The notes: generated from the letters alone by a model not told the origin. A stretch of DNA of 64,000 nucleotides from Eledone cirrhosa (GCA_964016885.1 OZ024751.1:19840001-19904000), one strand, 5' to 3'. Counted from the stretch's first letter, positions 14,974-28,402 are shown. Made by a program: numbers and translations.

Positions 14974-15465
14974 TGTAGATATGTATATATATATATATAT
15001 ATATATGCATGTAGATATGTATATATATATATATATATATATATGCATGTAGATATGTATATATATATATATATATATATATGCATGTAGATATGTATGT
15101 ATATATATATATGCATGTAGATATGTATATATATATATATATATGCATGTAGATATGTATGTATATATATATATGCATGTAGATATGTATATATATATAT
15201 ATATATGCATGTAGATATGTATATATATATATATATATGCATGTAGATATGTATGTATATATATATATGCATGTAGATATGTATATATATATATATATAT
15301 GCATGTAGATATGTATATATATATATATATATATGTATGTAGATATATATATATATATATATGCATGTAGATATGTATATATATATATATATATATATAT
15401 GCATGTAGATATGTATATATATATATGCATGTAGATATGTAGATATATATATATATACATGTAGG

Positions 15466-15503
<38 letters not shown>

Positions 15504-15850
15504 TGTAGATATGTATATATATATATGCATGTAGATATGTAGATATATATATATATATACATGTAGGTATGTAGATATATATATATATATATGCATGTAG
15601 ATATGTATATATATATATATATATATGCATATATATATATATATATATATATGCATATAGATATATATATATGTATATATATATATGCATATAGATATAT
15701 ATATATGTATATATATATATATATGCATGTAGATATATATATGTATATATATATATGCATGTAGATATATATATGTATATATATATATATATATATGCAT
15801 GTAGATATATATATATATGTATATATATATATAGATATGCATGTGTATAT
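14925..15850. repeat. Minisatellite GCATGTAGATATG + variable (TA)n
   Basis: About 25 copies of gcatgtagatatg separated by TA runs of variable length. Confidence 0.9.
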
Positions 15851-15875
15851 ATATATGCATATATATATATGCATG

Positions 15876-15942
<67 letters not shown>

Positions 15943-16365
15943 ATATGTGTGTCCGTTTGTGTTTGTCCGTGTGTCCTATCAATTATAGGTTTCCCTGTTG
16001 TTGACTGTACGATAGTTGGTCTCCTCAAAAACACCACCAACACCGCCACCAACAACAACACCACCACCAACAACAACACCACCAACACCGCCACCAATAA
16101 CACTACCAATAACACCACCAACAACAACAACAACCCCCCCCCCCCCCATCCTACTCGCCAACAACGACAACAACAACAAAAAAATGTGAAGAAAATTAAA
16201 AAGATGAGAGAAAAAGTCCAGCTAAAATGAAAGGAAATGAAACGATGATGCAACTTGATGCCTTCTGTATGATGTCTTTGTAGTAAATCTGTTTGAACAC
16301 TATTTATGCATATCAAATATGTGTGTCTCTCTGTGGGTGTGATTATGTTTCTATGTATATGGTTT

Positions 16366-16406
<41 letters not shown>

Positions 16407-16549
16407 ATGTATGGTGTGTATATATTTATATATATGTGTGTGTATATACGTATATATGTATATATGTATATATGTATATATGTATATATGTATATATGTA
16501 TATATGTATATATGTATATATGTATAATTATGTACATATAATATATATT

Positions 16550-16600
<51 letters not shown>

Positions 16601-16926
16601 AATATATATATAAAGTGTGTATATAGATGTATATATACATATAATGTATATATATATATATATATATATATCTGTGTGTGTATATAAATATGTGTGTATA
16701 AATGTATATATATATATATATAATGTGTATATACATGTATATGTATATATGTATAATTATGTACATATAATGTATATATATAATGTGTATATATGTATAT
16801 AAATATGTATGTGTGTGTATATATATATATATATATATACATATGTTTGTATATATATATATATATGTATATAAATATATGTGTGTACGGTATATATATA
16901 TTTATATATATATATAAATATGTGTA

Positions 16927-16977
<51 letters not shown>

Positions 16978-17369
16978 GCTGTATGTATATGTGTGTAATT
17001 ATGAGAGTATGTATCACTGCATGTATGACAATGTATGTGTGTGTATTTATATATATATATATATATATATAATAAACAGCCGAGTATTTCAACAGAATGG
17101 TAAGCAGACATTTGAAAGTAGACGGGGGAGGGGGTAAACAAATCAAATGTAATATCAAAGTGATAATAATAATAATGATAATAACAATAACAATAATAAT
17201 TAATAAAATTAATTAATAAAGCAATAATAATGATGACAAAATATAGTATATACGTTTAATGTTTAACATTTGAAGATAAAACGTCTACAATAACAACTAC
17301 AACAACAACGACAACTATAAAAACTTCAACAACAATAACATTAATAACAGCGATAACGAGGACACGAAC

Positions 17370-17675
17370 ACCAACCACAATATTAACGACAACGACACCA
17401 ACACCAACCACAATATTAACGACAACGACACCAACACCAACCACAATATTAACGACGACGACATCAACACCCAACCACAATATTAACGACGACAACGACA
17501 CCAACACCAACCACAAAATTAACGACAACAACATCAACACCAACCACAAAATTAACGACCCAACACCCAACCACAATATTAACGACCCAACACCCAACCA
17601 CAATATTAACGACACCAACACCCAACCACAATATTAACGACACCAACACCAACACCAACCACAAAATTAACGACG
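17370..17675. repeat. Minisatellite ACCAACCACAATATTAACGAC-type (~27-33 bp)
   Basis: About 10 tandem copies. Confidence 0.85.
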
Positions 17676-18061
17676 TTGACAGCAATAACATTATCAACTA
17701 CAATGACATCAGCAATAACATCAATAAATGTACTGAGATTAACATTTAAAAATATGAAAATGTTTACTAAATTACCTCCTCACTTCTTATCATATTTCAT
17801 TCCTTCCACCCCCGCTTCTCATCGCTCCCCCCAACTCCTCTTAAATTATCTACCACTCATTCACATGATTTCGTTCGAGCTATTAGACATAGCAATCAAC
17901 TCACCCTTAAATATCACAGCCATCTTAAACCCTTTTGACACCAGCTTATGGTTCTATGAAATAAAACGAAGCATTTTAAAGGGTACCAACTTAAATTTAG
18001 ATCTTTCAACATAAATTGATATAAAAACCTTTTAAAGTTATATTGCAAATATCATCTTAAT

Positions 18062-18789
18062 TGTTTCTACTTTTTGGCACAAGGCCAGCAAGTACCCAGT
18101 GCATTACTGGTACTTTATTTTATCGACCCCGTAAGGATGAAAGATATAGTTAACCTTGGCGGGGGATTTGAAATCAGAATGGCAAGGGCCGTAACTCTAT
18201 GCGTCAAAGCATGGCGTTCGACTTCAGTGCATTACTGGTACTTGACCTCAGTGAATTTCTCAGGATTTGAACTCAAAACGTAAAGGGTCATTACTATATG
18301 ACGCATAACATTTTGTCTGACGCTCTAGCGATTCTCTAACTCTACCACAACAAAAATAACAATAATAACAATAATTGTTTCTACTATAGGCACAAGGCCA
18401 GCAATTTTAAGAGAAGGTGAATGTCGACTAAATCAACCCAAGTGCCTTACTGGTACTTTATTTTATTGACACCGTAAGGAGGAAAGGCAAAGCTAATCTC
18501 GGCGGGATTTGAACTCAGAATCTAAAGGGCTGTAAGTTTAAGCTACAAAACATGTTGTCTGACGCTCTGCCAATCCAAACCCCTGTATAATCTTAATCAA
18601 ATAATTGTTTCTACTTTTGGCACAAGGCCAGCAATTATCCCAGTGCATTACTGGTACTTTATTTTATCGACCCTGTAAGGATGAAAGGCAAAGTTAACCT
18701 CGGCGGGATTTGAACTCAGAATGGCAAGGGCCGTAACTCGATGCGTCAAAGCATGGCGACCGGCCTTCTACCGATACTGCCAATCCACC
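18062..18789 (-). mobile_element. Cluster of four same-orientation SINE family 1 copies
   Basis: Copies at ~18062-18220, 18226-18348, 18376-18576 and 18606-18789. Confidence 0.85.
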
Positions 18790-19105
18790 AAATAATTAAC
18801 TTTAAACATTTCCAAATTCCTCATTAATTGATTCAAATACAGTACATTAATAATATGTTAAAATGTGAGGGGTTAAAAAGGACGCATCCAGGTGGATAAT
18901 GAGGTGTTTGGACCCCTCACATAGGGAACAACCAAGACGGGATGGTCACAATTGGAATACATTTGATTATACATCCGCTTGATCAGTGTTGACATACAAA
19001 CTCATACATACATCTTCACATAATACATACATACTCACAGACACACGCACATACATATATATACACACATACACACGCATATACATATATACATACTCAC
19101 ACACA

Positions 19106-21019
19106 CAGGGGCGTAGCTAGGGTGTGGCAAGCAGGGCAGATGCCACGGGCGCCATATTTAGGGGCGCACAATTTCGACCTAGATCGATTTACATCCATGT
19201 CGTTTTTATCATTTTTTTAAATATAAGCCAAATATGAAGCATGTGATTTCTTGATAGCCGACTTCCACGCCATGTCTAGTGCACTAGACAGAGCAGATGT
19301 CTGATTTGACTTCACAAAAACGCCCCCCCCCCCCCCCACACACTGACAGCAGGGTGGGTTGCAATTATACGGGCGCTATTTTTAGCTATACATTGCAAAA
19401 CAAACAGCGGATACCTCATTTGACCTCACAACCCCCTCCCCCCCTCCACACTGACTGAAGGGACGTAGTTTTGGACGTGCAACTGGTGGACACGCAGGCG
19501 CTATTTTTATCAATACATTGCAATGACCAATACAAGATAATTATAATTATGAAGCTGGTTTACAAAACAGAGTAGTTTGTCTTGTACAACTGGTACATAA
19601 GACGTATAGAAAAGGTATCATAATCCAAATGGCCAGATAGGATCTGATAGCTTCTGTTAGGAATTCAATTTGACTCCAGTTTAGATGGTTCAATGTTTTC
19701 TTCTATAATACAGTTCGTCAGAATTTACTAAATTGTATCGAAAAAGCAAGATACTATGGTCTGCTGATTGACTCGACCCCTGACCAGGCGCACCGAGAAC
19801 AACTGTCAAAAGTTGTGCGATATGTCGATGTTGATTTCAATATGAAGACGGTCGTTGTGAGGGAATCTTTTCAAGTAATCAAAAAAGATGCCGCAAGCCT
19901 TGTTGAAACAATCGTGAAGGAGCTAGAAAAAGATGACCTACCACTGCAGAACTGTCGATCGCAGTGCTACGACAATACTGCCATAATGGTTGGGCACCGC
20001 AGTGGGATTCAGCAGAGAATGATAGAAAAGAATAATTTGATTCACTTCGATAATTGCGATAACCATTCACTTAATCTGGCTGGTCTTCATGCAGCCAAAA
20101 ACGATTCTGCTATGATGAACTTTTTCAGTTGCATTGACTCGTTATACAACTTTTTTTCTCGTTCAACACGACGATGGGAAGCCCTTAAAGAAGTTGCTCC
20201 AGTGGTTGTTAAATATCCTTCCGACACGCGGTGGAGTGCTAGATGTACCGCAGTCAGACCGGTGGCGAATTATTTGACGCTGATTGTTCAAGGTCTCGAA
20301 AGAATTAGTGATGATGAAACAGACATGCGAGAGTAGAAGTGATGCCAGTAATCTCCATAATCGGATACTGAGTTATGAATTCCTGAACTTGATTCGATTC
20401 TGGAACACGATTCTCTCACGAATTGACCGGGTTCAAAAGAGACTTCAAGATCCAAGAATGAATTTTCCCGATGCTGCAGCTGATATAGGAGCCCTTCAAC
20501 TTTATTTTAAAGAAGAAGGAACATCCTTAATCCACGAGTCTCTTGAAATGGGCTTCGACCTCTGCCAGAAATGGAATGTCGATTTTCCGAGGAGGCGAGG
20601 AAGACGACAAACCAATACCGAAATTACTGAGGACGTCGAGGTGGCTGCCAGAAAAGAGATAGAGAGAGCAATGCAAAGTTCACTCAATCGTCTTCAAACA
20701 GAAATGGAAGAACGGTTTATTCGACTTAAGGAAACCGACTCAAGTTTTGGCTTTCTTCCTGATGTTAACTATCTGTTTTATATGGCTGCTCCTGATAACC
20801 TTGTCCTCAAACAAAGGTGCAACAGTCTTGCGGAACTATACAACTCAGACATCGACGGCGAGCAATTGTATGAGCCAACCTTGGACCGCCGATCTTTGCT
20901 GGCTACTAGGACAGCTGACCCCAATTTTAAAGCCAGAGGCACTTCTCCAATACATCATACAATACGGCGATGAATTTTGATGCCTGCCCTGGGCGCCGTT
21001 TACCCTAGCTACGCCACTG
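19106..21019 (+). mobile_element. hAT-superfamily DNA transposon, internally deleted
   Basis: 18-bp TIRs CAGGGGCGTAGCTAGGGT / ACCCTAGCTACGCCACTG (1 mismatch) and 8-bp TSD CACACACA at 19098-19105 and 21020-21027. Transposase remnant inside. Confidence 0.93.
19710..20980 (+). pseudogene. hAT transposase pseudogene (Tip100/Blackjack/ZMYM1-like), frameshifted
   Basis: Motifs KARYYGLLIDSTPD..H.EQLS.VVRYV, QCYDN, HFDNCDNHSLNL, LYNFFSRSTRRW, SDTRWSAR, RVQKRLQD, MEERF. Frameshifts near 20330 and ~20915; N-terminus and C-terminal dimerisation domain missing. Confidence 0.88.
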
Positions 21020-21165
21020 CACACACATATACTCACATACACACGCACATACATATATATACTCACATACACACGCACATACATATATACATACGCACAT
21101 GCATACATATACATACATGCAAACGTACTTACATCTATACACCTTGTGTAACAAGATCATTCTAA

Positions 21166-21695
21166 ATGTCTGTCTGTCTGTCTGTCTGTCTCGGTCTGTC
21201 TCGGTCTGTCTCGGTCGGTCTGTCTGTGTGTCTCGGTCTGTCTGTCTGTCTGTCTCGATCTGTCTCGGTTGGTCTGTCTGTGTGTCTCGGTCTGTCTCGG
21301 TCTGTCTCGGTCGGTCTGTCTGTGTGTCTCGGTCTGTCTGTCTGTCTCGATCTGTCTCGGTTGGTCTGTCTGTGTGTCTCGGTCTGTCTCGGTCTGTCTC
21401 GGTCTGTCTCGGTCGGTCTGTCTGTGTGTCTCGGTCTCTCTGTTCTGTCTGTCTGTCTCGATCTGTCTCTCTCGGTCTGTCTGTGTGTCTCGGTCTCTCT
21501 TGGTCTGTCTCGGTCTGTCTGTCGGTCTGTCTCTGTCTGTCTCTGTCTGTCTGTCTGTCTCGGTCTGTCTCTGCCTGTCTGTCTGCCTGTCTCTCTGTCT
21601 GTCTATCTGTCTACCTGTCTATCTGTCTGTCTATCTGTTTGTCTGTCTCGTCTCTGTCTATCTCTCTGTCTGTCTATCTCTCTGTCTGTCTGTGT
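21166..21695. repeat. (TCTG)n / GTCTCGGTCT compound repeat
   Basis: Direct tandem repeats. Confidence 0.9.
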
Positions 21696-22058
21696 GTCCA
21701 TAATAGTCTATTCTAAACCAGACCAGACCAGAAAAAACAAAAAACAAACAAACATAATATTGCCCCAAGGAATTTAACCGATCCCCAACCACCCCATAAC
21801 AGCTAAGAGTAATTTAAAATATATTCAAATTTACAAAAGATAAAACCGATAGATACAGAAAAATAAATTACCAACAAAACTGATAATAAAATAAAATAAA
21901 ATAAAATAAACTTAATTATGTTAAAATAAATATAAATAAATAATAATAGAATTAAAATAAAATAAAGTCATAGTAAAATAAATAATTTTAAAAGTAGAAA
22001 GTCAAAAACTAAATCATTAACCTCTCCATGTACAAAGCAAAAATATAAAAGTGTGTGC

Positions 22059-22106
<48 letters not shown>

Positions 22107-22436
22107 GTGTATATGTATGTGTGTATATGTATGTGTGTATGTGTATGAATATGTATGTGCATGTATGTGTATATATATATATGTGTGTAATTATAAGTGT
22201 ATGTGTGCGATTATATGTATATATTTAAATGTGTACATATACATATATGTGTGTATGTGTGTGTGTGTGTGTGTGTATTTACGTATTAGTAGAGACAGTA
22301 GTTTAGTGCAATAGTGATGATGATCATGGTGGTGTGGCCTATAAAGAAATTATTAATATTACAGCAGCTATAACAATCTCTTTATCTATCTATCTGTATA
22401 TCTATATATTTGAATCTATCGCCATATATATGTATA

Positions 22437-22485
<49 letters not shown>

Positions 22486-23341
22486 GAAAACAACAAACAT
22501 AACATATATTTCAATATTCCCTAATCGGTTTTGTACAGTACATGAATAAAAACAACAATAATAATAATAATAATGATAATAATAATAGTAATAATAAAAG
22601 TAATAATAATAAACTAAAAATTATAATAAATACTCTTTAATACATTCATTAAAATATCAAGAGATTTACAGATTTCTTTGAGAAGAAAAATAAATCATTT
22701 AAAATAAAATAAAGTAAATAAAATACATAAAATTGAATATATAAATAAATAAAATAAAAATAAAATGCATAAAATTGAATATATAAATAAATAAAATAAA
22801 AATAAAATACATAAAATTAAATATATAAATAAATAAAATAAAAATAAAATACATAAAATTAAATATATAAATAAATAAATATTTAAATAAATAAATATGG
22901 CGTCGAAAACTAGAAAAACGAAATCACAAAACCATTTCAAAACGAACTTACAAATCTGTCATATTAATCCATATAAATATATGTTCGTTTCTGCTTCAGT
23001 GTTTTGTTTTTTGTTGTTATTAATTTTGTATTGTGTTGTTGTTGTTGTAGTTGATGGTGTTGTTGTAGTTGTTAGTGTTGTTGTTGCTGCTGTTATCATT
23101 ATTGAAAATTTTCAATATAGCTCCTGGCGAAACTGTGTCTCGGAGTCAACTGTCGATGAAGGCGTTTATCTTTTTGGCACATTTCCTAAAGAAGAAATCA
23201 CGCACATACATACATACATACATACATACATACATACATACATACATACATACATACATACATACATACATGTATATGTACATACTAACACATATTTGCA
23301 TGTATACACTTACATTTACATTCTTACACACACACACACAC

Positions 23342-23410
<69 letters not shown>

Positions 23411-23519
23411 CACACACTTTGGTATAGGCACATACATACTTACATATGCACACCTACATACATATGCACACTTACATACACACACTTTCATATATATATG
23501 CACTTTCATGTATACACAC

Positions 23520-23581
<62 letters not shown>

Positions 23582-23779
23582 TTTCATATTTTTTTTTTTT
23601 TTTTTTAGCGAGAAACATACATAGTTTATTTACTTTCATAAAAATAAAAAGCAACAAAGGGATTTAAAAATGGCGAGAGAAAAGATTTGCCGTAGTTTAT
23701 AAAACTTTTAACATCAATACGAGAAGCAGTTATAATTATTAAACATGAAAGAATGGTATTTAACTAATGTATTGGTACG

Positions 23780-23942
23780 CGATGGGGCCCACCCACAGCC
23801 CCGGCGGAGAAGGCGTTTCCCCGGACGACGGCAAGGGAGACGCGCTGGAAAAGCCACTCCAACTCACGGGGCTCACACCTACGGCTGGCAAGCTCAGCGC
23901 CTATGGTGGTGAGTAAGGAGGTAGCCCTGGGGCCGAGACACT
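23780..23942 (-). mobile_element. CRE-like non-LTR retrotransposon 3' fragment (REL domain tail)
   Basis: LGPRATSLLTTIGAELASRRCEPRELEWLFQRVSLAVVRGNAFS; closely similar to 47900-48045. Confidence 0.8.
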
Positions 23943-23944
23943 TT

Positions 23945-23989
<45 letters not shown>

Positions 23990-24214
23990 TTTTATGTATA
24001 TACACACTATCATGTATATACACACTATCACATTGTTTCATCCTTATCATCATCGTGTAATGTCCGTTGCCCCTCCTAGCATTTATTGGATGGGTTGTGA
24101 CAGACCAACTTATTATTTAATCCAATCTTTGACCCTCCCCCACCTCACCCCCACCAGATGAGCCAGAGTTTATGCCTTGCTTACATAAGTTTCGGTTTTT
24201 TATCATGGTTTCTA

Positions 24215-24560
24215 AAACCACATGCCATTTATATCATCAACCACTTTACAGAGTGTACTGGGTGCAATTTATCATGATACCAGCAGTAGAAAGATTATCA
24301 TCTCTTTGACATGATAATCTTTGAGCTGAAAAGTTCTCTGAATCCTTTCTTTGGCCACTTTTCTACGATTGGATACACTTTCTAACACTAACAACCATGC
24401 AGAGTATACTGGGTGTAATTTATCGTGACACCAGCAGTAGAAATATTATCATTTCTTTGATATAATTGAAGACTTCTTTGAATCCTTTCTTTGGCCAGTT
24501 TTCTACGATTGGATTCACTTTCTAACACCAGCAACCATGCAGCGTGTACTGGGTGTAAAG
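24215..24560. repeat. Three tandem copies of an ACCACTTTACAGAGTGTACTGGGTG dispersed-repeat segment
   Basis: The segment recurs at ~24240, 24390 and 24530; related sequence at 24885-24975 and 57600-57965 (-). Confidence 0.6.
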
Positions 24561-24721
24561 TACATATGAACTGGAAATGTAGCTTTAAGCCCTTTCAATA
24601 CCAGCCTGCCTAACACCGCCCATTTCTCTACGATAAGAAACTTCATTTAAAAATAATCTATATTTAACTAAAACCTGATATCGTAAGCTTACGTAAAAAA
24701 TATTACCTTTGCGATGTTATG

Positions 24722-24973
24722 CAGTGTACTCCCGGCATTTGTGGCCCCGGTTATTCGCGGAATTTTCCTTAGAACCTAACTAATAATAATTGTTCGTGGA
24801 AACCACCACATATTCGCAGAATCGTAGATATCTTCCGCAAATTTTTAATGACTTTTTTCATGGCGCTATATATATATATTTTTTTTTACGTCCACTTTTC
24901 CCTGCTTGCAAGGGTGGGATGGGAACTGATTCTGGCTTGATTTCTACAGCTGGATGCCCTTCCTAACACCAAC

Positions 24974-25034
<61 letters not shown>

Positions 25035-25297
25035 CGTAGTTTAGAAAGCCACAACAATGCAGAGGGAAATCTCGAGGTAGGAAATGAATGATAGATAGGA
25101 GAAATAGGATAAAGTGAAAATTGAGAGAGACAAAGGTGAAAACAAAACAAAGGTAGAAGGGTTACCGTAGTGGAGATTTAATCCCAATATTTCGGGCTCA
25201 CGCCCATCAACGGGGGAAAGTTCCAAAAGGGGGGGGGGGGAACAGGCTAAGCGGAGAAAGTTGTGATGTCGTTAAAACAGGAATGCCGTTAATTTAG

Positions 25298-25348
<51 letters not shown>

Positions 25349-25672
25349 CGGACGACATACTTTGCAACATAGAGTTACGGCTCTTTATGATCTGAGTTCA
25401 AATCGTGCCGAGGTTAACTTTGCCTTTCATCCTTACGGGGTCGATAAAATATAGTACCAGTCACGCACTGAGGTCGATTAAATCGACTTTCCCCTCCCCC
25501 AAAATTGTTGGCCTTGTGCCTATATAAGAAACCAATATATCGTATTTGCCGGCCTATATTTTACGTTATGTTTTGACATTTATAGGCATTTTTATGGACC
25601 ACGTCCAATATTCTCGGTTTTTCACCAGGTATACCAGCAACGCAACCCCTCGCGAATACCGGGATACAACTG
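24722..25672. mobile_element. Possible pogo/Tigger-like MITE with nested insertions
   Basis: Left end CAGTGTACTCCCGGCATTTG resembles the reverse complement of the right end, CAGTTGTATCCCGGTATTCG, followed by TA. Interior holds TA tracts and a SINE. Confidence 0.4.
25344..25533 (+). mobile_element. SINE family 1 copy
   Basis: B-box plus conserved core. Confidence 0.85.
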
Positions 25673-26212
25673 TATATCAAATACAGTTTAATCCCAAGAA
25701 AGTTAGTAGTTATATTACTAAATCCAATGAAATTCTTGATTATTCTCTAAATTATTTGAAGTTCCTAATGCAGTGTATTTTAATAGAAATATGACAATGA
25801 AAGGTTTAAGCTACAACATGAGTTCCCATGACAACCAAAATGGCTTTGCTTCTGTCAACTTCCTGAGAATCCAACGATAGATATCTTGTAACTCTATATA
25901 CATCATATCAAAGTTATTATTATTATGTTGTTACTGTTTGTTTGGTTTGTTTTGTTTTTTTGTCTTTCTTCTGCATTAGCTTCTATACTTAGTTGTCATG
26001 GAGATGATTTGTCAGCTATTAGGATTTATGGAGTTGCAAGAAATGCTTTAAGAGTATGGAACGTTAACACAGCGTTTTAAATACAAACACCCTCCCCCCC
26101 CTCCTCCTTATCACCGGCAGCAACAGCATTATCTTTGTCATTACATTCTTTTCCATGCTTGTATTGGTTTGCCGAGTCTTCTCCGGTATAGCATCTCTCC
26201 ACTTGTTTCTTT

Positions 26213-26405
26213 ATAGGGAAAAGTATGACGCCGACGGCAGAGCTCAAGTCGTTTCGACGGCTATTTCTGGACAGAAATAGTCGTCGAAACGGCTTGAGCT
26301 CTGCCGTCGGGGGTCATACTTTTTCCTATTTCCCACTCTACTACCTTAAGTATTGAGTACTCTGGTGCGTTATGGTAAATCTGGTTCCTTACCACAATTC
26401 CTTTG

Positions 26406-26407
<2 letters not shown>
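26213..26407 (+). mobile_element. Cassette family A: 117-bp fold-back containing the 3' half of a hammerhead
   Basis: Inverted repeat 26213-26329 centred on GACGGCTATTTCT-GGAC-AGAAATAGTCGTC, then GAAA-CGGC-TTGAGCTCT-GCCG-TC. Confidence 0.7.
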
Positions 26408-26454
<47 letters not shown>

Positions 26455-26494
26455 AAACAATAACATATAATGTATACATATATATATTGTGTGT

Positions 26495-26660
26495 GTTACC
26501 GGGGGGGGGGGGGTAACCACAGTTGAAAAGGGTATTCAATACGTTGGTAGAGTTTAAGCATCTTGTTTTATATATAGCAATCACTTCTACACGACTAGAA
26601 CTGTTTCATCCGTATGATGATTTTGTGCGAATGAAACAGTTCTGGACTCGTAGAAGTCAT
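26495..26660 (-). mobile_element. Cassette family H with fold-back at a hammerhead-like motif
   Basis: Inverted repeat 26583-26657; the GAATGAAACAGTTCTAGTC motif is shared with 27583-27608, 34380-34437 and 62436-62480. Confidence 0.6.
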
Positions 26661-26721
26661 TTGTGCGCACGCACACACACGTACACGCGCGCACACACAC
26701 ACACACACACGTGTATATATA

Positions 26722-26763
<42 letters not shown>

Positions 26764-26792
26764 GTGTGTGTGTTTATATATATATGTATAAA

Positions 26793-26966
26793 TGAAAGGT
26801 TCATAGGTTGGCAAACGGACTCTCATGGAATGACCAAATGAGGTTTATTTTTCAACATAGACCCTGGAAAGAAACAATGCAGTTATTAAAAGAAGAGTTG
26901 AAATTAATGCATACAAGATTTCACAGCACTAGCATAGACAACCTATGACATTTTTAGCCGACATCC

Positions 26967-26969
<3 letters not shown>
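26793..26969. mobile_element. Tc1/mariner-type MITE remnant
   Basis: GAAAGGTTCATAGG...CCTATGACATTTTTAGCCGAC..TA. A related TIR, TACGAAGGTCGGTTGAAAGGTTCATAG, lies at 27438-27490. Confidence 0.5.
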
Positions 26970-27007
<38 letters not shown>

Positions 27008-27165
27008 AAAGTTTTATTTAAAATTGTTGGGTTACAACAAGTAAATATTTTATAACTGATATAAAGCACTCAACAAGTTTTGGAGTAGCAAACCAACTTC
27101 TTACATAAAAGTTGATCAATATTTATGGTACGTCAAATTTATTTATAAAACTGCTTATATATTGT

Positions 27166-27229
27166 ATTTTATCTGAGGAAGGCATGCCATATTTTTAATA
27201 TGGTATCCCTGAAATATGTATAATGAAAT
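27166..27229 (+). ncRNA. Minimal type-I hammerhead ribozyme (family G)
   Basis: ATTTTAT-CTGAGGA-AGGCATGCCA(loop)TGGTATCCCT-GAAA-T(ATGT)A-TA-ATGAAAT; AUA cleavage predicted after 27222. Confidence 0.8.
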
Positions 27230-27270
27230 AAATATGGTTTTATAAATATAGTTTCCATTTGTTTAATATC

Positions 27271-27310
<40 letters not shown>

Positions 27311-27382
27311 ATAATAATAAATTTGAAGACTAAAATCCAAAGACGGCTCGATAAGTAAAAATATATCAAATATATAAGAACC

Positions 27383-27440
<58 letters not shown>

Positions 27441-27609
27441 GAAGGTCGGTTGAAAGGTTCATAGACTAATCAAAATAGTCAGATGGAATATAAATATATA
27501 TATATATATTCATATATATAAGTTATTCCGGGTTGAATCGGAGGTAACCACAGTAAGTAAAGTACTCAATACATAGCAGCACGAATGAAACAATTCTAGT
27601 CCTGTAGAT

Positions 27610-27646
<37 letters not shown>

Positions 27647-27650
<4 letters not shown>

Positions 27651-27735
27651 TAAAATAACAGATTAAAGTTTAAGCAAAGAATCGCTGCTTTCACCCTTAA
27701 CGATTCTTTGCTTAAACTTTAATCTGTTATTTTAG
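27647..27735. repeat. Fold-back of cassette family D
   Basis: TAAAATAACAGATTAAAGTTTAAGCAAAGAATCG and its reverse complement; same family as 34475-34685. Confidence 0.75.
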
Positions 27736-27862
27736 TCTTAAAGTGAGGTTTTTTTTACAAAAGGAAAAAAAAACGGTGTCCTACACGAGTGAAAGTATAA
27801 GGAAAAAAGATGAAATCGAAAATGCAACAGGAGTCTTTTTAAAAAAATATATATTTATTTGG

Positions 27863-27906
27863 TTCCTTTACCGGTTTCGCAGTTCTTGTGCTTTTCAAAA
27901 GTAGAA
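27863..27906 (-). ncRNA. Candidate U3-A8 variant minimal hammerhead
   Basis: Minus strand: TTC-TA-CTT-TTGAAAA-GCA(CAAGAAC)TGC-GAAA-CCGG-TA-AAGGAA, followed by AATAAA. Confidence 0.45.
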
Positions 27907-27985
27907 TTGAGATGGAGGGTTTGTGGTTTTCCTCGCACACACACACACGCACACACACACACACATGTACATGCGCACACGCACG

Positions 27986-28101
<116 letters not shown>

Positions 28102-28170
28102 GAAAGTGAATAGCTCTGTATTATACACAGAGCACTCTTTTTTCCTTTATATTTTCTTCGGAAATACTTA

Positions 28171-28267
<97 letters not shown>

Positions 28268-28402
28268 CACATTTGTATGTTTATGTTTTAATTAATATAT
28301 ATCGAGTGATGCGACCAGATTACTTTTTGCGAAATCACTAGAGAAGATGCACAGACTTCTATAGTAAGAAAGAAATATGCCATTATTCTCTCTTTCTCGA
28401 CC

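Noticed and set aside
14925-15850. Constant repeat with variable spacers resembling CRISPR
   Set aside because: The spacers are only (TA)n of varying length.
25820-25900. Minus-strand peptide ELQDIYRWILRKLTEAKPFWLSWELML*
   Set aside because: Poor polypyrimidine tract and no recognisable family.
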